Below the pieces are notes generated by a model that did no database searches, was not told the DNA's origin, and was given only the letters and a program-made list of their open reading frames with translations. Of a DNA stretch of 64,000 bases, positions 19,685 to 28,001 are shown piece by piece. This stretch comes from Bacteroidota bacterium (GTDB lineage Bacteria; Bacteroidota; Bacteroidia; JABDFU01). Position numbers and translations under genes: made by a program. Location: positions 39,730 to 103,729 of the forward strand of contig JABDFU010000001.1 in assembly GCA_013286385.1 (NCBI GenBank), given 5' to 3'. Position 1 is the first letter of the stretch, and each line of letters opens with the position of its first letter.

Positions 19685-20815
19685 ATGTTGATATTTGTTG
19701 ACTGGTACTTACCGGGATACAAAGCCGGCGGACCTATCCAGTCCTGTGCCAATCTGGTTGCTCAGTTGAAACAGGAATACGATTTTTCAATTGTTTGCCG
19801 GGATTCAGATTTTACAGAAACCAGGCCTTATCCGGGAATAAAAAGTGACCGGTGGACCGTTATCGAAAAGGGTGTAAGGATTTGGTACATTTCAGTTTCC
19901 GAATTAAAAGGCACCACAATAAAAAAACACCTGAACCACAATTATGATGTACTTTATCTGAACAGTTTGTTTTCGCGTTATTTTACCATTCTTCCGCTTC
20001 GTTTAAACAAAAAGATAAAAAAGGTGGTGCTTGCACCTAGAGGTATGCTGGGATCCGGAGCCTTGGGTATTAAACCGCTGAAGAAAAAGCTTTTTCTGGC
20101 CTTTGCGAAAATCACAGGATTGTATTCGGGAATAACATGGCAGGCCTCTACAGTTCAGGAGGAAGCCGAAATCAGAGCTGTATTTGGGACCTCTCCCCAT
20201 GTCGTGACTGCTTTGAATTTGCCTCCCCTTAAGAAACTTGAATTTCATTCACGAAAAAAGGAATCAGGAATTCTTCGTTTATTTTTTTTGTCCCGCATCT
20301 CAATCAAAAAAAATCTGCTGACTGCTCTGGATTATCTTTCGCAATTGAAATCGGATGAGACTGTTTCTCTAGACATTATAGGAGCTGTCGAAGATAAGCC
20401 CTATTGGGAGCTTTGCCTTCAAAAGATAAATGAGATGAAGAAATCAAAGCCCAATGTTTCAATAAACGTCGTTGGCCCTATAGAAAACAAGAATCTTCAG
20501 TTGAAGCTTATCGATTACCACGCCCTGATTCTTCCCACTCAGCATGAGAATTTCGGACACGTTATACTGGAAGCTCTTGCCTGCGGCTGCTTAGTTATCA
20601 TATCCGATCAAACCCCCTGGAGAAACCTACGGGAAAGGAAGATCGGCTGGGACCTATCCTTATCAGAGCCCGAAAAATTTGTCAGCGCAATCGAAGACCT
20701 TGTCGCGATGAAGGAAAAAGAATTTAATGAACTATCTTTGAACGCCTTTAAGGAGGCCGAAAAATTTTACAATAACAAAGAACTTTTGGATCAGAACCGT
20801 AGACTCTTCGGCTAA
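19685..20815 (+). CDS. Glycosyltransferase family 4
   Basis: 'PTQHENFGHVILEALACGCLVIISDQTPW'. I prefer ATG 19685 to the TTG at 19667 used by the track. Confidence 0.7.
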   Translation: MLIFVDWYLPGYKAGGPIQSCANLVAQLKQEYDFSIVCRDSDFTETRPYPGIKSDRWTVIEKGVRIWYISVSELKGTTIKKHLNHNYDVLYLNSLFSRYFTILPLRLNKKIKKVVLAPRGMLGSGALGIKPLKKKLFLAFAKITGLYSGITWQASTVQEEAEIRAVFGTSPHVVTALNLPPLKKLEFHSRKKESGILRLFFLSRISIKKNLLTALDYLSQLKSDETVSLDIIGAVEDKPYWELCLQKINEMKKSKPNVSINVVGPIENKNLQLKLIDYHALILPTQHENFGHVILEALACGCLVIISDQTPWRNLRERKIGWDLSLSEPEKFVSAIEDLVAMKEKEFNELSLNAFKEAEKFYNNKELLDQNRRLFG

Positions 20816-20856
20816 AAAACGCAAACAAACATTGATGCAAACCCTATAGGATATTA

Positions 20857-21417
20857 ATGCAAATCCCTACTGATCTTTCGAAATACGATAATTCGGGCTT
20901 TGATGCCGGGGCAGGACAACTAAAACGTGGGCTTTGGTTTGTTGTGAATGCTTGTTTTTTTATTTCCTACAACCCTTTTAATTCTTTGAAGCTATTTCTT
21001 CTGCGCTTATTTGGCGCAGAAGTGGGGACAGGAGTGGTAATTAAACCGGGAGTGAACATCAAATACCCCTGGAAATTAAACATCGGTAATTACGTTTGGA
21101 TAGGTGAGAAGGTCTGGATCGATAACCTTGACCGGGTTGAAATCGGCAATAGCGTATGCATTTCACAGGGCGCCATGCTGCTTTGCGGCAACCACGATTA
21201 TAAAAAAAGCACTTTCGATCTGATTACGGGCAAGATTATTTTGGAGGACGGTGTCTGGATTGGAGCAAAAGCAATTGTTTGTCCCGGAGTTACTTGCTTT
21301 TTTCATTCCGTTTTAACAGTAAATTCGGTTGCATCTAAAAATATGGAAAGCAATTCAGTATATACTGGAAACCCAGCCATCAAAATTAAGGACAGGTCTG
21401 TTTCTAATTCAGCGTAG
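20857..21417 (+). CDS. Hexapeptide-repeat acetyltransferase (WcaF-like)
   Basis: Left-handed beta-helix repeats 'IGNYVWIGEKVWI', 'IGNSVCISQGAML' and 'DGVWIGAKAIV'. Confidence 0.8.
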   Translation: MQIPTDLSKYDNSGFDAGAGQLKRGLWFVVNACFFISYNPFNSLKLFLLRLFGAEVGTGVVIKPGVNIKYPWKLNIGNYVWIGEKVWIDNLDRVEIGNSVCISQGAMLLCGNHDYKKSTFDLITGKIILEDGVWIGAKAIVCPGVTCFFHSVLTVNSVASKNMESNSVYTGNPAIKIKDRSVSNSA

Positions 21418-21420
21418 TAA

Positions 21421-22818
21421 ATGCTATTTAATTCTTTTCACTTCTTTTTGTTTTTTCCCATTGTTACTTTTTTCTATTTTCTTTTTCCACACAAATTCAG
21501 ATGGTCTTGGTTGCTTGTTGCGAGTTGTTATTTTTATATGGTTTTCAAGCCCATCTATATTCTGATTCTGTTTTTTACCATTGGGATTGATTACATAGCT
21601 GGTATTCAGATTGAAAAAAGGAAGGGAAAAGGGAAAAAGCATTTTCTCATAGCAAGCTTAATTGCCAACATTGGGGTATTGTTTGTGTTCAAATACTTTA
21701 ATTTTTTCAACAATACTATTTCTTCAATTCTCAGTTTCTTTCACCACACGAATAATTTCAAGAGCCTCGAATTGCTTCTTCCGATCGGTTTGTCTTTTCA
21801 TACCTTTCAGGCCATGAGCTATACGATTGAAGTATATAGGGGACATCAGAAAGCCGAACGGCATTTTGGCATTTACGCACTTTACGTTATGTTTTACCCC
21901 CAATTGGTTGCAGGGCCAATCGAGCGGCCTCAAAACATTTTGCACCAGATACATGAGGTTCATTTTCCCGATTATGTTAAAATTGCGGGCGGATTGAGGC
22001 TCATGCTTTGGGGATTTTTAAAAAAAATGGTTATTGCCGATCATTTGGGGGAATACGTTGATAAAATGTATGCAAATCCTGGTCATTTCCATGGATTTCC
22101 CACACTACTTGCTGTATTGTTTTTTTCCATTCAGATTTATTGTGATTTTTCAGGTTATTCAGACATCGCTATTGGTGCGGCCCGAACAATGGGCTTCAGC
22201 TTGATGAGGAATTTTAATATGCCCTATTTTTCAAAATCCATTCAGGAATTTTGGAGCAGATGGCACATTTCCTTATCCAGTTGGTTTCGGGATTATTTAT
22301 ACATTCCTTTGGGTGGTAGCCGTGTCGCTAAGAGCAGACTGTATTTAAATTTGATGATTGTTTTTTTAATAAGCGGATTATGGCATGGCGCAAATTGGAC
22401 CTTTGTTGTATGGGGTGCGCTGCATGGTTTATTTATGATTCTTTCACTGTCAGGTAAACGTTTTCTTCCAAAATCAACAACGATACCTGTTTTTCTTTTA
22501 GTGACATTTGCCTGGATTTTTTTCAGGGCTGTAGATTTTAATCAGGCCTGGTTGGTATTAGTGAATTGTTTTATAGGATATTCGGTTATACACCCCGGAT
22601 TAACCACAGAATTAGTAAACAAACTTAATTTTTCTGTTTGCATTGCGGGTGCACTAGCACTCTTTCTGATCGAATACCTTCAGCTAAACTATACTATATA
22701 CAAACATATTCTTAATCTGAAAACGATTCCACGTTTTGGGTTATACATTCTATTACTCTATATTATTGCTGTGTTTGGGGTATTTAACAATGAAAAATTT
22801 ATTTATTTTCAATTTTGA
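21421..22818 (+). CDS. MBOAT-family membrane O-acyltransferase (AlgI/DltB-like)
   Basis: 'FWSRWHISLSSWFRDYLYIPLGGSR' and 'SGLWHGANW' with the conserved His. Polytopic. Confidence 0.9.
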   Translation: MLFNSFHFFLFFPIVTFFYFLFPHKFRWSWLLVASCYFYMVFKPIYILILFFTIGIDYIAGIQIEKRKGKGKKHFLIASLIANIGVLFVFKYFNFFNNTISSILSFFHHTNNFKSLELLLPIGLSFHTFQAMSYTIEVYRGHQKAERHFGIYALYVMFYPQLVAGPIERPQNILHQIHEVHFPDYVKIAGGLRLMLWGFLKKMVIADHLGEYVDKMYANPGHFHGFPTLLAVLFFSIQIYCDFSGYSDIAIGAARTMGFSLMRNFNMPYFSKSIQEFWSRWHISLSSWFRDYLYIPLGGSRVAKSRLYLNLMIVFLISGLWHGANWTFVVWGALHGLFMILSLSGKRFLPKSTTIPVFLLVTFAWIFFRAVDFNQAWLVLVNCFIGYSVIHPGLTTELVNKLNFSVCIAGALALFLIEYLQLNYTIYKHILNLKTIPRFGLYILLLYIIAVFGVFNNEKFIYFQF

Positions 22819-23747
22819 AAAAAACTTTCATTTTTAAGTTTGTTTGCATTCTCGCAACCTTTGTTTTGTTGTTTCAGCTGAGCTTTGGGTTCCTGCTTCC
22901 TTTGTTACTTGTGCATTCAGGAGATTCAACTATGCAAAGATGGTATAACTTTTTTCGCCATCCAGTTGATGCTGAACTGGTTATCCTGGGAAGCTCCCGC
23001 GTTCACAGACATTTTGATCCATCTGTAATTGAAACCAAGACCGGAATGAAAACAGAAGACATCGCAACGGGCGGAGCTCTGTTCAATTTTCTAGAAGCCC
23101 TTTACAAAGATTATTTGAAATTGAATAAGTCGCCAAAGGTTTTTATTTTTGGTTTGGATCTGAGTGGACTGTACAATTCTGATTTGGTGCCCAATCCTGA
23201 ATTTTTTTTTCAGGGAATGTTACCTTCTTCTTCGATTTCTCAGCTCCCTGCTTTTCAGTTGGTAAATACTCCAAGGTCTTTTGGATATTTCTATTACAAG
23301 GAATTCTATTTCAATGCCATTGTCAACCCGGAAAAGAATACATTTTACAAAGGATTTGAAGCGTGTGATTTGAAGTGGGGAGAAGTAAAAGACCCCGGCT
23401 CTGGGGAGGTTCTTGAAAATTTCAGTTTTGGCATCGACCCCATTTTGATTGACAGAATTATGAAATTCATTTCGAAACAGGCCGAAAATGGGAGTCAGTC
23501 TTTCGCCGTAATTGCTCCCGAGTTCAACTCGGTTTGGAAATTTGAAAGCAATAGGAATGAAGCCGTTGAAGAAGTCTATTCGATTGCAAAAAAATACAAG
23601 GTCAGAATAATTAATTTTTCTGACACTTCTTACAAAGTAAATTTTGACAAAAATTACTTTTACAATACCCAGCACCTTAACGCAAAAGGAGCTACACTAT
23701 TTAGCAAGGATTTTTGCGATTCCCTGGCGAAATATGTGAAAAGGTAG
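22815..23747 (+). CDS. Hypothetical exported/anchored protein, probable MBOAT accessory (DltD/AlgX-like role)
   Basis: TTG start in a TTGA overlap with the MBOAT stop, and an N-terminal hydrophobic anchor 'FVCILATFVLLFQLSFGFLL'. The role is inferred from position; 'ILGSSRVHRHFDP' is only loosely DltD-like. Confidence 0.35.
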   Translation: MKKTFIFKFVCILATFVLLFQLSFGFLLPLLLVHSGDSTMQRWYNFFRHPVDAELVILGSSRVHRHFDPSVIETKTGMKTEDIATGGALFNFLEALYKDYLKLNKSPKVFIFGLDLSGLYNSDLVPNPEFFFQGMLPSSSISQLPAFQLVNTPRSFGYFYYKEFYFNAIVNPEKNTFYKGFEACDLKWGEVKDPGSGEVLENFSFGIDPILIDRIMKFISKQAENGSQSFAVIAPEFNSVWKFESNRNEAVEEVYSIAKKYKVRIINFSDTSYKVNFDKNYFYNTQHLNAKGATLFSKDFCDSLAKYVKR

Positions 23748-23838
23748 TTTTCGATTCATCAAATTAACAGGCTCAGGTTCATATCTAAACCACCGCTCCC
23801 AAAATTTCATTCTTGTCTGCACCTAATTTTACTTTGCT

Positions 23839-25575
23839 TTGCCTTATCCGAAAACCAAATACCCCAAAACCAATGATCTGGTAAGCCAATGCCGGTTATT
23901 TTTTACCTCCGTACTGTCATTCGTTTTTTTTGCAGTATTCCTGCTTTTTGCAAGCGCCGTTTCCTTTGCCCAGAAAAAAAGCTACGCCGGCCAGGGCGCC
24001 GTTTCTGAAATTGTCATGGCCTCCCCGGCAGAGATGGTTGGCCATTTCGATATGTTTTTCCGTTCAAAGGTCGCTGCAGAAGACAGCGACCGGCATACCT
24101 ACTGGTACAAAATCGTATTCAGCAAGGAATGCTCTTTTGATTTTACTTTGTTTCCGCTTTTCGAAAGCGACCGCTACGGATTCGATGTATTCAAAGTCGA
24201 AAACGACGCAAACTTTTGTCAGGCCCGGGTAAATCAAACAATAAAACCGGTTAAAAACATGGAGATCAAAATGTCCTATCACGACAATGATCAAACCGAA
24301 ACCTTCCGTTCAAATCTGGTCCAAACCCGCAAAGTTCCTGTCAAAGCAGGCGAGACCGTCTACCTGGTTGTTAAAAGCCTGAAAGGGCAGGACCACGGTC
24401 ACATCATTGGCCTTAATACCTGTGATTACGGTTATGTTCTGGAAGTCGATAAAGCGATTCCGAAATCTGACTCATCCCAATCAACGTCAATCCAAACGGC
24501 AGTGACAGTGCGTGCTGAATTAAGCGATGAAGAAGCTCTTGCATCCATCGGAAGTAAACTCTGTCCTCCGGATGGCAAACCGGTACAACTGGGTACGCTT
24601 AATTTCAATTCAAAAATTGAAGTCAGCAATTTACTTTACGCTAAAGGCGAAGTTAAAGGGGCCTCTGCAAAAAAAATCACGAAGCAGGCGCCTCTGCCAC
24701 TAAAAACAAAATCCTGCCTGCCGCAGGCATTGGCTTCATCTTCGTTAAAGGCTCAAAACACTAGTAGCTCCGCAATTGTGAAAACTCCTGCGGTAGTGTC
24801 GGCCTCTGTTTCGCAGGCTGCACCCGCAACTCCCGCTGTCCCGACCACCCCGAAGCCCGATATCTGGCTGAAAGAGTTGCAACCAACAGCCGCAACCACA
24901 AAATCAAAACTTATTCCCGTCAGGTGTCTGGTGACGGATGCTGTAAAAGCCAGCCCGATAAGCGAGCAGATAACCATTAAAGACGAACTCACCGGGGCCT
25001 GTATACCCGTGCAAAAAACAGCCACCGGTGAGTTCGAATTCGCAGTCGAAAAAGGCCGCATATACAAAGTAGACTGTGCGGTGATGGGATACAAAACCTT
25101 TGACCACCCGGTTAATATTTACAAAACTTTAAGAGGAGAGGAAAATCAGTTTGAAATCAAGCTGCAGCCTTTGGTGGCCGGAGAAAATTTCATACTTAAA
25201 AACATTTATTTTAATCCAAACACCCCGGTAATCAAGGACGAATCAACTGAAGAACTCGCGAAGCTCTTTACGTTTATGAAAAATAACCCTGAAGCGATTA
25301 TTTCAATCGAGGGTCATACCAATGGTCACAACCATATTGGTCGTGAAAGCTGGAGAGAAAAGAAAGGCGGAGACTGGGCCTTTCACGGAAGCGTCAAAAA
25401 GCTTTCAAGGCACAGAGCGTATCAGGTTATGAGCTACCTGGTCAAAAACGGCATCGCTTCCTCCAGGGTTAAAACCAAGGGTTGGGGAGATGCGCATGAA
25501 CTGTATCCCAACGCCCGTACAATGGAACAACGGTTAAAAAACATGAGGGTAGAGGTGGTCATACTTAAAAATTGA
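23839..25575 (+). CDS. OmpA-family protein with N-terminal unknown domain, Pro/Thr/Ala linker and C-terminal OmpA-like peptidoglycan-binding domain
   Basis: Signal-like 'FFAVFLLFASAVSFAQ', then 'FNPNTPVIKDESTEELAKLFTFMKNNPEAIISIEGHTNG...HRAYQVMSYLVKNGI'. There is no in-frame ATG before the signal peptide, so the TTG start is uncertain. Confidence 0.75.
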   Translation: MPYPKTKYPKTNDLVSQCRLFFTSVLSFVFFAVFLLFASAVSFAQKKSYAGQGAVSEIVMASPAEMVGHFDMFFRSKVAAEDSDRHTYWYKIVFSKECSFDFTLFPLFESDRYGFDVFKVENDANFCQARVNQTIKPVKNMEIKMSYHDNDQTETFRSNLVQTRKVPVKAGETVYLVVKSLKGQDHGHIIGLNTCDYGYVLEVDKAIPKSDSSQSTSIQTAVTVRAELSDEEALASIGSKLCPPDGKPVQLGTLNFNSKIEVSNLLYAKGEVKGASAKKITKQAPLPLKTKSCLPQALASSSLKAQNTSSSAIVKTPAVVSASVSQAAPATPAVPTTPKPDIWLKELQPTAATTKSKLIPVRCLVTDAVKASPISEQITIKDELTGACIPVQKTATGEFEFAVEKGRIYKVDCAVMGYKTFDHPVNIYKTLRGEENQFEIKLQPLVAGENFILKNIYFNPNTPVIKDESTEELAKLFTFMKNNPEAIISIEGHTNGHNHIGRESWREKKGGDWAFHGSVKKLSRHRAYQVMSYLVKNGIASSRVKTKGWGDAHELYPNARTMEQRLKNMRVEVVILKN

Positions 25576-25668
25576 CACATCATGTATGTTGTTTATACGC
25601 GACAGACTTGTCATGTATAAAATATTTGATTAATTTTACATGATAAGCTTATCCTGCATATATCATAC

Positions 25669-26775
25669 ATGACAAAAAAAACTGAAAACAGTCCCAAAGG
25701 AAGTGAATCAGCATTCAATTCGTTGCGCTTACTTCCTCCTGAAAAGTACAAGATTGAAACGGTAAAGGTGCTACGGCAATTGGTTAAGTCTTCCGTAGCT
25801 CTTGCAGAGCTTAAGGGGCTGGCGAAAATTCTGCCTAATCCCGACATCTTACTAAATGCGGTCATTTTAAAAGAAGCCCGTGCCAGTTCTGAAATAGAGA
25901 ATGTAATTACTACCCAGGATAAGCTTTACCAGGCCATGTCTGCCAAAGGAGGACTGGTGGATAGCGCAACAAAGGAGGTATTGCGCTATCGTGAAGCCAT
26001 GCTGTATGGTTTTAAGCTGATCCGGACGAAGGGATTTTTAACTACCAATGGTATTATTGAAATTCAGAGAATATTGGAAGAAAACAATGCAGGTATCCCG
26101 AAATTACCAGGCACGGCACTTCGCAATGCAGCAACAGGTAAAGTTATTTATACCCCACCGGATAACATTGATACGATTAACCGCTTGATGAAAAATCTGG
26201 AAGTATACCTCAACACGGAGGATGATAGTTCTCCTTTGGTAAAAATGGCCGTTCAGCATTACCAGTTTGAAAGTATTCATCCTTTTTATGACGGAAACGG
26301 TCGTACGGGCAGAATTATCAATGTGCTGTACTTGATTTTACACAAGTTACTGGATAACCCTGTACTTTATTTAAGCGATTACATTATTGCCAATAAGGCA
26401 GACTATTACCGTTTATTGCAGGAAGTGCGTTCAAAAGAAAATTGGGAGGGATGGATACTCTACATCCTGAAAGGAGTTGAGCAAACTGCGAATGAAACCA
26501 TTGTTCAGGTAAATGAGATCAGTAGTTTGTTTTCACAGACTCAGAACCTGGTAAAAAAGAAAGCTCCGAATGCGTATAGCAAAGAATTAATAGAGTTACT
26601 ATTTGAGCACCCCTACAGTAAAAGCGAATATTTGACTACTCGTTTGGGAATTTCCCGGATTACTGCTTCCAAATACCTGAAAGAACTGGAGGCAATCAGA
26701 ATTCTTCAATCAAGGCGGGTGTGGAAGGAAACTTTGTATATTAATACAAACTTGTTTGAATTGCTTAAAAAGTAG
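25669..26775 (+). CDS. Fic-family protein (AMPylase-type motif) with N-terminal inhibitory motif and C-terminal winged-helix
   Basis: Fic motif 'HPFYDGNGRTGR' at 26278-26313 fits HxFx[DE]GN[GK]R. 'SSEIEN' at 25885-25902 fits [ST]xxxE[GN]. C-terminal 'LGISRITASKYLKELEAIRIL' is HTH-like. Confidence 0.9.
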   Translation: MTKKTENSPKGSESAFNSLRLLPPEKYKIETVKVLRQLVKSSVALAELKGLAKILPNPDILLNAVILKEARASSEIENVITTQDKLYQAMSAKGGLVDSATKEVLRYREAMLYGFKLIRTKGFLTTNGIIEIQRILEENNAGIPKLPGTALRNAATGKVIYTPPDNIDTINRLMKNLEVYLNTEDDSSPLVKMAVQHYQFESIHPFYDGNGRTGRIINVLYLILHKLLDNPVLYLSDYIIANKADYYRLLQEVRSKENWEGWILYILKGVEQTANETIVQVNEISSLFSQTQNLVKKKAPNAYSKELIELLFEHPYSKSEYLTTRLGISRITASKYLKELEAIRILQSRRVWKETLYINTNLFELLKK

Positions 26776-26847
26776 TTGCATACGCAAATTTTCAAACTAC
26801 TTTCCTATCTTCGCATCCGATTTGCAAAAAAATCATACTGTAAAATC

Positions 26848-27861
26848 ATGATAAAACGCATACTGTTTCTGTTGATATTCAGCTCTTCGTTCATTTTTGC
26901 CCAGCAAAAAGCAGATTCAACAGCTCCTGCTGAGCCAGCGGTAGTTCCACCTACCATCAATAATAGCATTACTACTCCAAAATCAGACACATCGAAAACC
27001 CCGGCCGCTGCAAAGCCCGATGCAGCCGCTGCAAAACCTGAACAGGAAAAACCCTCAAATATTAAAACGGGCCCCGGTACCAACGGCAAAGACACCATTA
27101 CCGGTGCGGGTGTTGCAATGGCGCCTTCTTCTATGTTCTTCCGTACGAAACCTGGCAAATCAGAAACCATCTACCTTACCATCACCAACGACCAGAAAAA
27201 ATCGGAGCGCTTTAAAATTTCCTTCCAGGACTATGTCATGGACAACCATGGAAAATCTTCCGGTGTCCCTTTTGGTCAGATTGCGCCATATGGATTAGGT
27301 AAATTTGTTATTGCCTCCCCAAGTCTGGTTGAATTGAAGCCCGGGGAAAAAAAGAAAGTAGCTGTAACGGTATCTATGCCCGAAACCGACGAAGCTTACC
27401 GGTCCTGTTGGACCGAAATGATAGTTGACCGTGTTTCTGAGCGCAAACAGCTTGTTCCTGAAAAAGGAGGCGACAAGACCATGCAAATGGGCGTTATCCC
27501 AACCTACGGATTCGCCATTCACCTTTACCAGAATCCGCCCAACGTCCGGATTAATAAAGTAGAAATAACCAGGTTCAACTTTACCTACAACGATACTGCA
27601 AAGTTTATTGCCCTGGTGGTCAAAAATGCCGGAGATGGCATGGGTTTCTGTAAGTCCTACGTAGAAATTAACAACTTAAAAACGGGAAAAATCGAAAAAG
27701 ACCTGCTTAAGCAATTTGTCGTTTTCCCCGGAATGGAGCGCCAGTTTGATCTTACTATTCCCGGGAAACTGCTCAAGGGAAAGTATTCAGTATTAATGGT
27801 GCTTGATTTCGGAAGCAAAGACCAGCTCGAAACGGCTGAACAGGAGATTACGGTCAATTAG
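26848..27861 (+). CDS. Secreted two-domain beta-rich protein, candidate periplasmic chaperone (PapD-like organisation, hypothesis only)
   Basis: Signal peptide 'MIKRILFLLIFSSSFIFA/QQ' is followed by an ~80-aa Pro/Ala/Thr/Lys linker and two ~100-130-aa beta-strand-patterned modules ('FFRTKPGKSETIYLTITN..', 'LVELKPGEKKKVAVTV', 'FIALVVKNAGDG..'). ATG 26848 is preferred to the track's TTG at 26776. Confidence 0.35.
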   Translation: MIKRILFLLIFSSSFIFAQQKADSTAPAEPAVVPPTINNSITTPKSDTSKTPAAAKPDAAAAKPEQEKPSNIKTGPGTNGKDTITGAGVAMAPSSMFFRTKPGKSETIYLTITNDQKKSERFKISFQDYVMDNHGKSSGVPFGQIAPYGLGKFVIASPSLVELKPGEKKKVAVTVSMPETDEAYRSCWTEMIVDRVSERKQLVPEKGGDKTMQMGVIPTYGFAIHLYQNPPNVRINKVEITRFNFTYNDTAKFIALVVKNAGDGMGFCKSYVEINNLKTGKIEKDLLKQFVVFPGMERQFDLTIPGKLLKGKYSVLMVLDFGSKDQLETAEQEITVN

Positions 27862-27934
27862 CGGGGCCGGATTGTAACCTTCGAAGATTGTAATGCGTAG
27901 AACTCATCAAACAAAGACTATAAATAATTTATTT

Positions 27935-27965
27935 TTTGTTGAATTTATAATTTTTGCTACATTTG
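27935..27965 (+). promoter_or_regulatory. Bacteroidota sigma-A-type promoter: TTTG (-33) N19 TACATTTG (-7)
   Basis: TTTG at 27935-27938, a 19-nt spacer, then TACATTTG at 27958-27965, a perfect TAnnTTTG. It lies 36 nt upstream of ATG 28002. Confidence 0.5.
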
Positions 27966-28001
27966 CATTGAATCCAAAAAACAAACCAAAATCAACTACT
28001 T

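Noticed and set aside
23829-23836. Near-consensus -7 boxes TTACTTTG (23829-36, upstream of the OmpA-family gene) and AATATTTG (25621-28 upstream of fic; 60312-19 upstream of the 60364 ORF)
   Set aside because: These are 7/8 matches only, expected by chance in A/T-rich intergenic DNA, so they are not reported as features.
25669-26775. Fic as the toxin of a toxin-antitoxin or defence module
   Set aside because: There is no small adjacent antitoxin ORF. The inhibitory [ST]xxxE[GN] motif is intramolecular (SSEIEN), and the flanking genes are OmpA-like and the orphan operon. It looks like a standalone regulatory Fic enzyme.
26776-26847. Track start (TTG 26776) for the first gene of the orphan operon; similar 5' extensions at 33907 (rdgB), 34692 (ddl), 46845 (miaE), 58643 (GT39), 60069 (START-like) and 19667 (GT4)
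   Set aside because: The extensions add non-homologous residues ahead of a clear signal peptide or conserved N-terminus, or overlap the upstream gene. An in-frame ATG at the expected position exists in each case.
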